From Alphaproteobacteria bacterium (GTDB taxonomy: Bacteria > Pseudomonadota > Alphaproteobacteria > UBA2966): a stretch of 64,000 nt of DNA. Below, piece after piece: positions 45,221-55,052 of the stretch; position 1 is the first letter of the stretch, and every line of letters starts with the position of its first letter. The stretch covers positions 896,001 to 960,000 of the forward strand of contig OZ219858.1 in NCBI GenBank assembly GCA_964291395.2. The letters are read 5' to 3'. Under the pieces are notes generated by a model, which did not search any database, had not been told where the DNA came from, and saw only the letters and a list, made by a program, of their open reading frames with translations. Both the position numbers and the translations under genes were made by a program.

Positions 45221-45565
45221 ATGCCTCCGAAAACCAATCCGCTTCGCCTCAACAATCTGCAACGTAAGACTCTGGTGATCTTGCAGGCGTTGGCGGCCGA
45301 TCCCCGCACCTCGACGAATCTCCCCGAGACCGGCGAGGTTCTGATCACCGGGTTTCCACCGCCCCACGGTGACCATTTCCACGTCGGCGACACGGTGATC
45401 ATGGCGAAGGACGCGACGGGGCTCAGGAACGAGGCGGTATGGCGGGCATTGGAACGGAAAGGTCTGGCGCACGGCGAATTTCCCATCGCCATTCACCTGA
45501 CTGCTTCAGGTTTGTCGTACGACACGGGCCTCAAGGAGCGGATCCTGCACCGTCATTCGCACTAA
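45221..45565 (+). CDS. Hypothetical protein, His-rich
   Basis: 114-aa ORF with native codon style; HGDHFH and C-terminal HRHSH. Confidence 0.7.
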   Translation: MPPKTNPLRLNNLQRKTLVILQALAADPRTSTNLPETGEVLITGFPPPHGDHFHVGDTVIMAKDATGLRNEAVWRALERKGLAHGEFPIAIHLTASGLSYDTGLKERILHRHSH

Positions 45566-45739
45566 TCCTCCAGGCCCGATCAGGTGCGCGTGCGTGCAAC
45601 ACGCAGGTCACGAAGGGAATGAACATCGGGTGTCCCGTGGGCCGCAGGTCGAACCGCGGATGTCGTTGCGGCCGATTCCGTCAGTCGACAGAAGGAGAAT
45701 GACCGCGCCTTCAGGCCAGGACCGGAGCCAACGGACGGC

Positions 45740-46318
45740 ATGCTACGAGCGCTCACGCACTTCCTGATTCTTGTCAGTGGATCTTTCCGTGATCTCGCGC
45801 CGATCATCGTGGTCGTCGCTTTCTTCCAGATCGTCGTCTTGCGCCAGCCGCCACCCGACTTCGCGAGCATTGCCGAGCCGTCGCTCATCGCGGTTGCACT
45901 CAAAGCCAACGAGGTATCGGGCGGTACGATCGGCGTTTGGGGCCTAAGGACGGCCGTCGCTGTCGGTGTCGCGATCGGCGTGGGTTTGGGGACGTTTCGC
46001 ATCGTGACAGGCATCCCTCTGCCGTATTTCATCGTGGCGGGGTACGTCATTGTCGTCCTGCAGACGGCGCGGGCGGAGCGCGCCATCGTTCCCTTGGCTT
46101 ACGATACGGGTGGCGTTACCACGTCGACCGTGACCGTCCCCTTGGTGACGGCATTGGGTCTCGGACTGGCGACGGGCATTCCGGGACGCAGCCCACTGAT
46201 CGACGGCTTTGGACTCATCGCGTTCGCGAGCCTGTTTCCCATGATTACCGTCATGGGCTATGCCCAGGCAAGCGCCTGGCGACGGCGCCGCAGACACGCA
46301 CGGCGGAGGAGATCGTGA
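45740..46318 (+). pseudogene. DUF1538 membrane protein, internally deleted or fused
   Basis: RDLAPII..FFQ..LRQP joins directly to IAEPSLIAVA; the usual GLE.GLFP.GE segment is missing; DTGGVTTSTVTVP and DGFGLIAFASL are present. Confidence 0.6.
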
Positions 46319-46665
46319 GATTCAAGCTGATCATGGCGTTGGTTGACGACCGCCATACCGAGGCTATTCTTCAGGCGGCGCGTTCGGCGGGGGCGACGGG
46401 CGCGACGGTTGTCACATCCGCCAGGGGCGAGGGTGTCGAACCCGAGAAATCGTTCCTGGGTCTCGACATTTCCGGACAACGGGATCTGCTGATGTTCCTG
46501 GTCGCCGAACAACTTGCCCGAGACATTCTCGAACGGATCTCAAAGACGGGCCGATTCGAGGAACGGCCGGGGGCCGGGATCGCCTTTCAGCTCGCCATAG
46601 AAGATGCCGTGGGTCTGAGGTCCCAATTTCGGGTCATCTCGGAGGAGATTCAGGATCAGATATGA
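46315..46665 (+). CDS. P-II-like signal transduction protein (DUF1538-associated)
   Basis: GTG start; AARSAGATGATV..ARGEG, GIAFQLAIEDAVG. Confidence 0.85.
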   Translation: MRFKLIMALVDDRHTEAILQAARSAGATGATVVTSARGEGVEPEKSFLGLDISGQRDLLMFLVAEQLARDILERISKTGRFEERPGAGIAFQLAIEDAVGLRSQFRVISEEIQDQI

Positions 46666-47084
46666 CCCGGCTGCCTTACATCAAGGTGGACGACATCATG
46701 CGGAAAGACGTGCATACCGTTGATCCGCTGGCCACGGTCCGCGATGCGCTGCACGAGATGCAAAAGCACGGTGTCAGCTCTCTCGTCATTGAACGCCGGG
46801 ACGAGCGCGACGAACTGGGTCTCATCGTGGTTTCGGATATCGCCCGGGACGTGATCGCCAGGAACCGCTCGCTCGACCGGGTCGACGTCTACGAGGTCAT
46901 GGTGAAACCGGTGGTTACGTTGGATGCCGACATGGACGTCAAATATGCATCCCGCCTTCTCAGCGATCTGAGACTGACCCGGGGCCTGGTCGTGGATCAC
47001 GACCGCAATCTCGTCGGTATCGCGACTTTGCGTGATATGGTGCTGGCCTACACCGGCCCGGGCGACGTTGAAGCGACGACATGA
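46662..47084 (+). CDS. CBS domain pair protein
   Basis: VDDIMRK..., GLIVVSDI, VYEVMVKPV, GIATLRD. Confidence 0.88.
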   Translation: MTRLPYIKVDDIMRKDVHTVDPLATVRDALHEMQKHGVSSLVIERRDERDELGLIVVSDIARDVIARNRSLDRVDVYEVMVKPVVTLDADMDVKYASRLLSDLRLTRGLVVDHDRNLVGIATLRDMVLAYTGPGDVEATT

Positions 47085-47124
47085 ATTCAACTAGCCGATT
47101 CTGAGATCGGCCGCGGAGGCGTCG

Positions 47125-48114
47125 TTGTTGATTTATCTCCAGTTGGTCGGCGGTCTCGTCATCCTGCTCCTGGGCGGGGACTTTCTTGTCCGCGGCGCCG
47201 TGGCGTTGGCGCGAAAGCTCGGTATATCGCCGCTCGTCATCGGCTTGACGGTTGTCGCCTTCGGCACCTCGGCACCGGAGTTGATCGTCAGCGTCGAGGC
47301 CGCGTTGGGTGGCGTACCCGGGCTCGCGATCGGCAACGTCGTCGGTAGCAACGTGGCCAACGTGTTTCTCGTCCTCGGGGCCCCTGCCGTCGTGTTTCCC
47401 ATCGTCTGTCAGGCACCATCCCTGAATCGAGACGTCATCGTGATGATCGGCGCCAGCCTGCTCTTCGTCGCGTTCTGCTGGGGCGGGGTCCTGGTGGCTT
47501 GGCAAGGCGCGATACTGGTGGTTCTTCTCCTCGCCTTCCTCATCAATTCGTATGTATCGGAGCGCCGTGACGGCCGCGGTCACGAGGAATACGGTGAAGA
47601 GTTCGACGGCATCGCCGCGTTTCCTCGGTCGGTACTCGTGTTCCTGGGATTTATCGCGGTCGGATTGGCGGGACTGTTGTTCGGGTCCCACCTCCTGATC
47701 GATGGAGCGGTGGGTGTTGCACGGAAGTGGGGTGTATCGGAAACGGTCATTGGCCTCACCCTCGTCGCGTTGGGGACGTCTCTGCCCGAACTCGCGACGA
47801 CCATCGCTGCTGCCGTTCGAAAACAAGGCGGAATTGCGGTCGGTAACGTGGTCGGCAGCAATATGTTCAATATCCTGGGCGTCATGGGCATCACGTCACT
47901 CATCATTCCGGTGCCGGTCCCCGAGCAGACGTTGCAATTCGATCTCTGGGTGATGCTCGGCGCGTCGGTCGTTCTGCTGCCGTTCGCGCTGCGCCATATA
48001 CCGATCGGCCGCACCGCGGGCGTAATGTTTTCCCTCGCCTATCTGGGATTCGTCTTCATCCAATACTTCGGCGTGCCTGTCTCCCCACTCGAGACCGCCT
48101 ACTTGAACCGATGA
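47125..48114 (+). CDS. yrbG: Calcium/sodium antiporter (YrbG/CaCA)
   Basis: Two alpha repeats GTSAPE / GTSLPE and GNVVGSN. Confidence 0.93.
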   Translation: MLIYLQLVGGLVILLLGGDFLVRGAVALARKLGISPLVIGLTVVAFGTSAPELIVSVEAALGGVPGLAIGNVVGSNVANVFLVLGAPAVVFPIVCQAPSLNRDVIVMIGASLLFVAFCWGGVLVAWQGAILVVLLLAFLINSYVSERRDGRGHEEYGEEFDGIAAFPRSVLVFLGFIAVGLAGLLFGSHLLIDGAVGVARKWGVSETVIGLTLVALGTSLPELATTIAAAVRKQGGIAVGNVVGSNMFNILGVMGITSLIIPVPVPEQTLQFDLWVMLGASVVLLPFALRHIPIGRTAGVMFSLAYLGFVFIQYFGVPVSPLETAYLNR

Positions 48115-48908
48115 GCGATGCAGTGTCTCCTTCGGCCGCACGGCCCATCGAGGCGGGTGTCGCACTCGTCACGGGCGGCGGGCAACGAATTGGACGGGCG
48201 ATTTCTCAGGCGTTGGCGGAGGACGGATGGGCAGTCGCCGTTCATCACCTGCGGTCGGCAAGCCAGTCCGAAGAAGTCGTGGCCGAGATCGCGAAGGGTG
48301 GCGGTCGTGCCATCGCGATCGCCGCTGATTTGACGGATGCAACCGCTGCCACGGACCTGATCCCGCGCGTCGCTGCGGAACTGGGGCCGGTGACCTGCCT
48401 CGTCAACAACGCGTCTGTGTTTGAGCCCGACGACGTCCTGTCGGCGACTCAAGAGTCCTGGTGCCGGCACATCGATGTCAATTTGCGGGCGCCGTTCTTC
48501 TTGTCTCAATCCTTCGCCAAAGAGATGGCGGCAGGCGCGTTCGGCTGCATCATCAACATCATTGACGAACGTGTATGGAATCTGACACCCCATTTTGCAT
48601 CTTATACGATGAGCAAGAGCGGTTTGTGGACGTTGACCCAAACGTGCGCGTTGGCGCTCGCACCTGGGATCAGGGTGAATGGCATTGGGCCAGGACCGAC
48701 GCTCCCGAGCCCCCGGCAGAGTCGTGAGCACTTCGAAACACAGGCCGCCTCGACACCGCTTGGGCGGGGCACCACACCCGGGGAGATCGTGTCCGCAGTT
48801 CGATTCATCCTCTCGTCGCCCGCGATGACCGGACAAATGATTGCGCTGGACGGCGGCCAGCACCTCAAATGGCGCCGGCACCCGGATGACGCGGACCTCG
48901 AGGAATGA
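48111..48908 (+). CDS. SDR oxidoreductase, FolM/pteridine reductase-like
   Basis: TGGGQRIG, NNASVF, IIDERV, YTMSK; lies next to folB. Confidence 0.85.
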   Translation: MSDAVSPSAARPIEAGVALVTGGGQRIGRAISQALAEDGWAVAVHHLRSASQSEEVVAEIAKGGGRAIAIAADLTDATAATDLIPRVAAELGPVTCLVNNASVFEPDDVLSATQESWCRHIDVNLRAPFFLSQSFAKEMAAGAFGCIINIIDERVWNLTPHFASYTMSKSGLWTLTQTCALALAPGIRVNGIGPGPTLPSPRQSREHFETQAASTPLGRGTTPGEIVSAVRFILSSPAMTGQMIALDGGQHLKWRRHPDDADLEE

Positions 48909-48954
48909 CAATGTTGTTGCCGGTCGCGGCGCAAGGCGACGGGCGGGCGTGGAC

Positions 48955-49362
48955 ATGTCACCGGACGGGGAAAACTTGAGCCGAGAACGGGAACGGCGCG
49001 AAACGCAGCGGATCATCATTCGCAATCTGATACTGCCTGCCCGTGTCGGCGTGTACCGTCATGAGAAATCCGGTCCGCAGCAGGTTCGCATCAATCTCGA
49101 ACTGATCGTCGAGGATCCCCGTCAATCCCTGAATGACGAGATCGATGACGTCGTCAGTTACGAGACGGTGATATTGAGCGTGAAGGAAGTATTGGCGGAA
49201 GGTCACACGAACTTGGTCGAGACATTAGCTGAAAAGATTGCGGAAATATGTCTGTCTGATCTCCGCGTTGTGGGGGTTCGTGTGGGAATAGAAAAACTTC
49301 ACGCCATCTCCGAAGCGGAAAGCGTTGGTGTTGAAATCGAGCGATTCCGATCTAACCATTGA
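48955..49362 (+). CDS. folB: Dihydroneopterin aldolase
   Basis: VGVYRHEK..PQQVRIN, VSYE, LVETLAE, EK. Confidence 0.9.
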   Translation: MSPDGENLSRERERRETQRIIIRNLILPARVGVYRHEKSGPQQVRINLELIVEDPRQSLNDEIDDVVSYETVILSVKEVLAEGHTNLVETLAEKIAEICLSDLRVVGVRVGIEKLHAISEAESVGVEIERFRSNH

Positions 49363-49510
49363 TAACTCGACAAATTCTTTGGGTAATGTATTGCCGTTCG
49401 TCGGAAAGTTGTGCACAGGCGAATATTTACTGAATGCTGACGGTCGCATATCGCATGAGGTTTCTGCTCTCGGATCTCAGAAAGACCTTGACTTTTGAAT
49501 TATCACTTAA

Positions 49511-49523
49511 AATCAATTAGTTA
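49511..49523 (+). promoter_or_regulatory. IHF binding site
   Basis: AATCAATTAGTTA is an exact WATCAANNNNTTR in an AT-rich context. Confidence 0.7.
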
Positions 49524-49597
49524 TCATATATTGCCCAAAAAACAGGCAACTGGATGAACGTAAAGGATTGCCGCGCTTGTACCCCCTGACGACACCA

Positions 49598-49632
49598 TTT
49601 CCCACAAACTTATCCACACGAATCGTGGATAT
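49598..49632. promoter_or_regulatory. Three-DnaA-box cluster (DARS-like core)
   Basis: TTTCCCACA, 3 bp, TTATCCACA, 5 bp, inverted CGTGGATAT; extra box-like TTGTGCACA at 49409-17. Confidence 0.7.
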
Positions 49633-49726
49633 TATGACATCCGTGTGAAGCTGCCGCCGTCGACCATTCACCCAAACTTTGGGAGTCGTGCGGCTTCGTC
49701 GATGATATGCTCGCCGGGAACAGATC

Positions 49727-51661
49727 ATGACGGCCGTCCAACCTGAAATCCAGCGCCCGCGGCACCGCGTCGTCTCCGGCACCGAGAGCGCGGGCACTGA
49801 GCCCGCCGTCCCTTCGATTACGCGTGGCCGTGATGTAATCCGCACCCATTTGAAGCTGCTGCCCAACAGTCCCGGCGTCTATAGGATGGTCGATGCGAAG
49901 GGACAGGTTCTGTATGTCGGCAAGGCAAAGAGCCTGAAGAAGCGGGTCGCTTCCTATGCGAATTCGACGGGCCTGACGACTCGCATACTGGGCATGGTCG
50001 CGGCGACCGTGGATATGGAGTTCATCACCACACATACCGAGGTCGAGGCGCTGCTTCTCGAGTCGAACCTCATCAAAGAACTCAAACCCCGGTACAACAT
50101 ATTGCTGAGGGACGATAAGTCCTTTCCTTACATTCTAGTCACGGGAGACCACGACTGGGCTCAAATCACGAAACACCGCGGCGCGCGAAACAGGCCAGGT
50201 GAATATTTCGGGCCTTTCGCATCGGCAGGTGCCGTCAACGAAACGATCAACGCGCTCCAGCGGGCCTTTCCGCTTCGTTCTTGTTCCGACAGCGTGTTCG
50301 CAAGCCGCACGCGACCCTGCCTCCAATATCAGATCCGCCGCTGCACGGCGCCCTGCGTCGACCGCATCAGTCGGGAAGACTATGACCGGATCGTGCACGA
50401 GGCGCGGGACTTTCTTTCGGGCCGGAGTCGGCGAACCCAGGAGGAACTCTCCGAACGGATGCAGGAAGCCAGCGCAAGTCTGGAATTCGAGACCGCGGCG
50501 GTCTATCGGGATCGCATTCGAGCCCTCACCCAGATTCAGGCGCGCCAAGGGATCAATATTCCAACGCTGGGAGAGGCGGACGTTGTCGGGGCTTATCGGG
50601 ATGCAGGCCAAACCTGTATTCAAGTGTTCTTTTTCCGCTCCGGGCAGAACTACGGCAACCGAGCCTACTTTCCGGCACATGCCAAGAGCGACACCATCGA
50701 AGAGGTCCTGTCCGCCTTCATCGGCCAGTTCTACGCCGACAAACCGCCACCCCGACTGGTGCTGACCAGTCATGGCATAGAAGGCAGGAACCTCGTCGAG
50801 CAGGCACTCTGTGTCCGCGCAGGCAGGCGGGTGGACATCCGCGCGCCGCGTCGGGGCGCCAAGCGCCAGCTGGTCGAACATGCCGTCGACAATGGTCGAG
50901 AAGCGCTCGCCCGCCGCCTCGCGGAGAGCGCCTCACAGCGGCGGTTGCTGGAGGGTGTGGCCAGAACGTTTGGGCTTGAGGCGTCCCCCGAGCGTATCGA
51001 AGTCTACGACAACAGCCATATTCGCGGCAGTGAAGCGCTGGGCGCCATGATCGTCGCGGGGGCCGAGGGCCTCCTCAAGAACCAGTACCGGAAATTCAAC
51101 ATCAAGCGGTCCGATCTTACTCCTGGGGATGACTACGGCATGATGACCGAGGTCTTGACTCGTCGTTTCTCACGCCTGCTCAAGGAAGACGAAGACCGTG
51201 AGGGTGGGCAGTGGCCAGACTTGGTCCTGATCGACGGCGGTGCCGGCCACCTGAGGACGGCCGGGCAGGTGTTTGCCGATCTCGGCGTTACGGATGTGGC
51301 GCTCGCCGCCATCGCGAAAGGTCCGAACCGCAATGCCGGTCGCGAAACATTCCATGTTCAGGGGCAGCCGGCGTTCTCGCTGGAGACCAACGATTCCGTT
51401 CTGTACTTCCTTCAGCGTCTGCGCGATGAGGCGCATCGATATGCCATCGGCAGCCATCGCGCCAAGCGGTCGCATAAACTGGGCCGCTCGGCGCTGGACG
51501 AGATTCCCGGCATCGGGGCCAAGCGAAAGCGCGCCCTGCTGCATCATTTCGGCTCCGTACGGTCCGTGGAGCGCGCCGGCCTCGCCGATCTTGAAGCGGT
51601 CGAAGGAGTCTCGCAACGCGTGGCCAAATCGATCTATGACCATTTTCATTCCGGCGACTAG
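49727..51661 (+). CDS. uvrC: Excinuclease ABC subunit C
   Basis: GIY-YIG PGVYRM...[26 protein letters not shown], HhH. Confidence 0.98.
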   Translation: MTAVQPEIQRPRHRVVSGTESAGTEPAVPSITRGRDVIRTHLKLLPNSPGVYRMVDAKGQVLYVGKAKSLKKRVASYANSTGLTTRILGMVAATVDMEFITTHTEVEALLLESNLIKELKPRYNILLRDDKSFPYILVTGDHDWAQITKHRGARNRPGEYFGPFASAGAVNETINALQRAFPLRSCSDSVFASRTRPCLQYQIRRCTAPCVDRISREDYDRIVHEARDFLSGRSRRTQEELSERMQEASASLEFETAAVYRDRIRALTQIQARQGINIPTLGEADVVGAYRDAGQTCIQVFFFRSGQNYGNRAYFPAHAKSDTIEEVLSAFIGQFYADKPPPRLVLTSHGIEGRNLVEQALCVRAGRRVDIRAPRRGAKRQLVEHAVDNGREALARRLAESASQRRLLEGVARTFGLEASPERIEVYDNSHIRGSEALGAMIVAGAEGLLKNQYRKFNIKRSDLTPGDDYGMMTEVLTRRFSRLLKEDEDREGGQWPDLVLIDGGAGHLRTAGQVFADLGVTDVALAAIAKGPNRNAGRETFHVQGQPAFSLETNDSVLYFLQRLRDEAHRYAIGSHRAKRSHKLGRSALDEIPGIGAKRKRALLHHFGSVRSVERAGLADLEAVEGVSQRVAKSIYDHFHSGD

Positions 51662-51730
51662 GGGACTCTCGGTGCGGAGGTTCCGAACACCGGCTGTGGA
51701 CGATGACGGTCGAAAATTCTCTGTCCGCCA

Positions 51731-52363
51731 ATGATTACCAGCCTGCCTAACCTCCTGACCTTCTCGCGAATTCTGGTCATTCCGGCGTTGGTGGCGACGT
51801 TCTATTTTCCGGGACTCTTGGCGGATTGGATTGCATTGGGACTGTTCTGCGCCGCCGGTGTCACCGATTTCCTGGATGGCTACGTGGCGCGCTTGCGCGG
51901 ACAGATGTCCACGTTGGGCCGGTTCCTGGATCCCGTGGCCGACAAGCTCCTGATTGTCGCTGCCATCGTGATGCTGATCGCCTTCGACCGAATTGACGGA
52001 TGGACCGTCCTCGCTGCGGTGATCATTGTCTGCCGCGAGATCCTCGTGTCCGGTTTGCGCGAATTCCTGGCGGATGTGCACGTCCCCGTTCCGGTAAGCC
52101 GCCTGGCGAAGTGGAAGACCGCACTCCAAATCATTGCGATCGCCTTTCTGTTGTCGGGTAACGCCGGGGATTTGCTGTTGCCGGCAAAAGGGATCGGAAC
52201 CATTTGCCTCTGGGTTGCCGCCGCGCTTACCCTTTATACGGGCTACGATTACCTGAGAGCGGGATTGGTGCACATCGCGGCAAATGATGATGAGGAGGTG
52301 GCGGCGAAGCCCGAAAAAGACCGCGACGCCATCAAGAGCACCGGGACCCGTACCTACGGTTGA
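51731..52363 (+). CDS. pgsA: Phosphatidylglycerophosphate synthase
   Basis: PNLLTFSR, TDFLDGYVAR...GRFLDPVADK. Confidence 0.96.
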   Translation: MITSLPNLLTFSRILVIPALVATFYFPGLLADWIALGLFCAAGVTDFLDGYVARLRGQMSTLGRFLDPVADKLLIVAAIVMLIAFDRIDGWTVLAAVIIVCREILVSGLREFLADVHVPVPVSRLAKWKTALQIIAIAFLLSGNAGDLLLPAKGIGTICLWVAAALTLYTGYDYLRAGLVHIAANDDEEVAAKPEKDRDAIKSTGTRTYG

Positions 52364-52427
52364 TCGGGCGCACTGGCTAATACTCCGCGGATGACTTGGT
52401 TCCCGCAGTGAAGCAAAGGACCCCGTG

Positions 52428-52958
52428 ATGAAGCTGTTGGGCATCGCCGGATGGAGCGGCAGCGGCAAGACGACACTCATTGCGGGCCTGCTGCCCCGAC
52501 TCACGGAAAGTGGAATTCGCGCGTCGACCATCAAACACGCGCACCACGGATTCGACGTGGACCAGCCAGGGAAGGACTCGTACGAGCATCGAAAAGCGGG
52601 CGCTTCCGAGGTCCTGGTGTCTTCGAGCCGGCGATGGGTGCTCATGCACGAAAATCGCGGCGAGCCGGAACCGTCGCTGACGGATCTCGTTTCCCGGCTG
52701 TCGGCCGTGGACCTCGTTCTGGTCGAGGGATTCAAGCGGGAGGCAATCGACAAGCTGGAGGTCTATCGCCAGGGGTTGGGGAAGCCCATGCTCCAGCACG
52801 AGGACCCCCGTATCGTGGCCGTGGCCAGTGACACATCACTTGCGGATGTACCCGTTCCGGTACTCAGCCTCGCCGCGGTCGACGAAATTGCGACCTTCAT
52901 CGCCGCGCATTGCGGTTTCGCCGAGCAAACCCGGTACGCGGCGGCCCAGGGGCCATAG
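52428..52958 (+). CDS. mobB: Molybdopterin-guanine dinucleotide biosynthesis protein B
   Basis: GWSGSGKTT, IKHAHH, PGKDS, LVEGFK. Confidence 0.95.
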   Translation: MKLLGIAGWSGSGKTTLIAGLLPRLTESGIRASTIKHAHHGFDVDQPGKDSYEHRKAGASEVLVSSSRRWVLMHENRGEPEPSLTDLVSRLSAVDLVLVEGFKREAIDKLEVYRQGLGKPMLQHEDPRIVAVASDTSLADVPVPVLSLAAVDEIATFIAAHCGFAEQTRYAAAQGP

Positions 52959-52960
52959 CC

Positions 52961-54214
52961 GTGCAGCTTTCCGACGATTGCTTCGCGACCGGAGATCGTC
53001 TGATGACGATGGCGGAAGCGCTCGTCCTTCTGGCGGAGCGTATCGCACCGGTCGGCGCCACCGAACCCCTTCCCCTGCGCGGCGCCGTCAAGCGGATTCT
53101 CGCCGAAGATGTCGTGTCAGAGCGCGATGTTCCCCCGCAGGGAAATTCAGCGGTCGATGGCTACGCGTTCGCGTTCGATGACCTGACACCTGGCCATGAG
53201 ACCCGTCTTCGAATCGCTGGCCGTGCCACGGCGGGACACCCGACGTCAGGCGAACTGGGCGGACGCGAGGCGGTGCGGATCTTCACGGGGGCCTTGATGC
53301 CGGAGAGATGCGATACCGTCGCCATGCAGGAAGACTGCATAGCTGACGCTGACGAGGTCGTAATTCCCCCCGGACTATCACGGGGCGCCAATCGTCGTCG
53401 TGCCGGTGAAGACGTTCGGACGGGGGATGTCGTCCTCACCGAGGGCCATCTGCTGCGACCTCAGGATCTTGGTATCGCGGCGTCCGTCGGCTGTACCGAA
53501 ATCTCCGTGTACCGGCCGGTTCGTGTGGCTGTTTTTTCCACGGGCGATGAAGTTTGCGAACCGGGCGTCCCTCTGGCCCATGGGGCCATCTACGATTCGA
53601 ATCGCTATGTCTTGATGTCGTTGCTTGATGGTCTTCCCGTCGACGTCTCTGATCTGGGGATACTGGCCGACGATCAGCAAGCGGTGGCATCGGCATTGCA
53701 GGATGCCACACGTGCGCACGACTTGCTGATCACGTCGGGCGGCGTGTCGGTGGGAGAGGAAGATCACGTCAAGAACGCTGTCCGGCAAAACGGCACCCTC
53801 CACTTCTGGCGCCTCGCCATAAAGCCCGGCCGGCCGCTGGCATTGGGGCAGGTCAACGGGGTGCCGTTCGTCGGGTTGCCCGGCAATCCGGTGGCCGCGA
53901 TGGTGACGTTTCTTCGCTTTGCGCGGCCGCTGCTGCTGCGCTTGGCGGGGGGCACCCGCGTCGACCCGCACCTTTACCGCGTCCGCGCGAACTTCTCCCA
54001 TCGCAAGAAGCCCAACCGCCGTGAGTGGGTGCGGGCATGTCTCAAATCGGGCCCTGACGGGACTTTGGAAGCCGAAAAGTTCGCTCGCGAAGGGGCCGGG
54101 ATTTTGCGCTCTCTGGTCGAATCGGACGGTCTGGTCGAACTGCCCGAGGAGATGACGGAGGTGATACCAGGCACTATGGTGGAATTTCTCCCCTTTGCCG
54201 AGGTGACGTCTTGA
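52961..54214 (+). CDS. moeA: Molybdopterin molybdotransferase
   Basis: NSAVDGYA, RIFTGA, STGDE, TSGGVSVG, KPGRP, LPGNP. Confidence 0.95.
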   Translation: MQLSDDCFATGDRLMTMAEALVLLAERIAPVGATEPLPLRGAVKRILAEDVVSERDVPPQGNSAVDGYAFAFDDLTPGHETRLRIAGRATAGHPTSGELGGREAVRIFTGALMPERCDTVAMQEDCIADADEVVIPPGLSRGANRRRAGEDVRTGDVVLTEGHLLRPQDLGIAASVGCTEISVYRPVRVAVFSTGDEVCEPGVPLAHGAIYDSNRYVLMSLLDGLPVDVSDLGILADDQQAVASALQDATRAHDLLITSGGVSVGEEDHVKNAVRQNGTLHFWRLAIKPGRPLALGQVNGVPFVGLPGNPVAAMVTFLRFARPLLLRLAGGTRVDPHLYRVRANFSHRKKPNRREWVRACLKSGPDGTLEAEKFAREGAGILRSLVESDGLVELPEEMTEVIPGTMVEFLPFAEVTS

Positions 54215-54462
54215 AGATTCTCTATTTCGCCTGGGTCCGTTCGCAAATCGGTCTTTCGGAGGAGACCGTCGACCTTCCCGACGATGTTTCCACGGTCGGT
54301 GAGCTGCTCGATTGGTTGCGAGGACGTGGTCCCCGGCACGCCGAAGCGCTGCAAGACACCTCCGTCGTGCGGGTCGCCGTGAACGAGGAGTATGCGTCGC
54401 TCGACGCGCCAGTCGCGTCTGGAGACGAAGTCGCCTTGTTTCCGCCGATGACCGGCGGGTGA
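54211..54462 (+). CDS. moaD: Molybdopterin synthase sulfur carrier
   Basis: LYFAW, C-terminal FPPMTGG. Confidence 0.96.
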   Translation: MKILYFAWVRSQIGLSEETVDLPDDVSTVGELLDWLRGRGPRHAEALQDTSVVRVAVNEEYASLDAPVASGDEVALFPPMTGG

Positions 54463-54479
54463 CGTCGAAGTCGGTTCGC

Positions 54480-54935
54480 ATGATTCGGGTTCAGAGAGAG
54501 GATTTTGACGTTGCCGCCGAGATCGCCTCGATCGTGGGGAGCGATCACGGTATCGGTGCCGTGGTGACCTTCATCGGCCTTGTTCGCGATATCAGCGGCG
54601 GCGAGTCGATTTCGGACATGACGCTCGAGCACTACCCGGGCATGACAGAAAAGATGCTGGAGAGAATCGAGTCCGAGGCGATGTCGCGATGGCCCCTTTC
54701 GGCGAGCCTGATCGTTCATCGGTACGGCCGTCTCGAACCGGGAGACAGCATTGTTCTGGTCATCACGGCATCCCCGCACCGCGAGGCGGCTTTTGAAGCG
54801 AGTGAGTTTCTCGTGGACTGGCTCAAGACCAAGGCGCCGTTCTGGAAGCGGGAAACGACACCCGCGGGTGCCAAGTGGGTCGCGGCCCGTGACAGCGACG
54901 ACGCTGCGGCAGCTCGCTGGACCAGAGAGATCTAA
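54480..54935 (+). CDS. moaE: Molybdopterin synthase catalytic subunit
   Basis: GAVVTFIGLVR, LEHYPGM, HRYG, KAPFWKRE. Confidence 0.96.
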   Translation: MIRVQREDFDVAAEIASIVGSDHGIGAVVTFIGLVRDISGGESISDMTLEHYPGMTEKMLERIESEAMSRWPLSASLIVHRYGRLEPGDSIVLVITASPHREAAFEASEFLVDWLKTKAPFWKRETTPAGAKWVAARDSDDAAAARWTREI

Positions 54936-55052
54936 GACCTGCCGGCGGCGGTATGCTTGAGTGGAATTTGGGGCTATTCTCTGTAAATTCTTGATTCCAT
55001 TCGTTCCAGGTACATTTTCTCTGTCGGATCGTGATGACGAGAGGCTTTCAGC

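Noticed and set aside
49363-49726. Chromosomal origin oriC
   Set aside because: Only one perfect DnaA box is present, the usual alphaproteobacterial origin neighbours (hemE, dnaA, parAB, mnmG) are absent, and the geometry fits DARS better. It cannot be fully excluded without GC skew.
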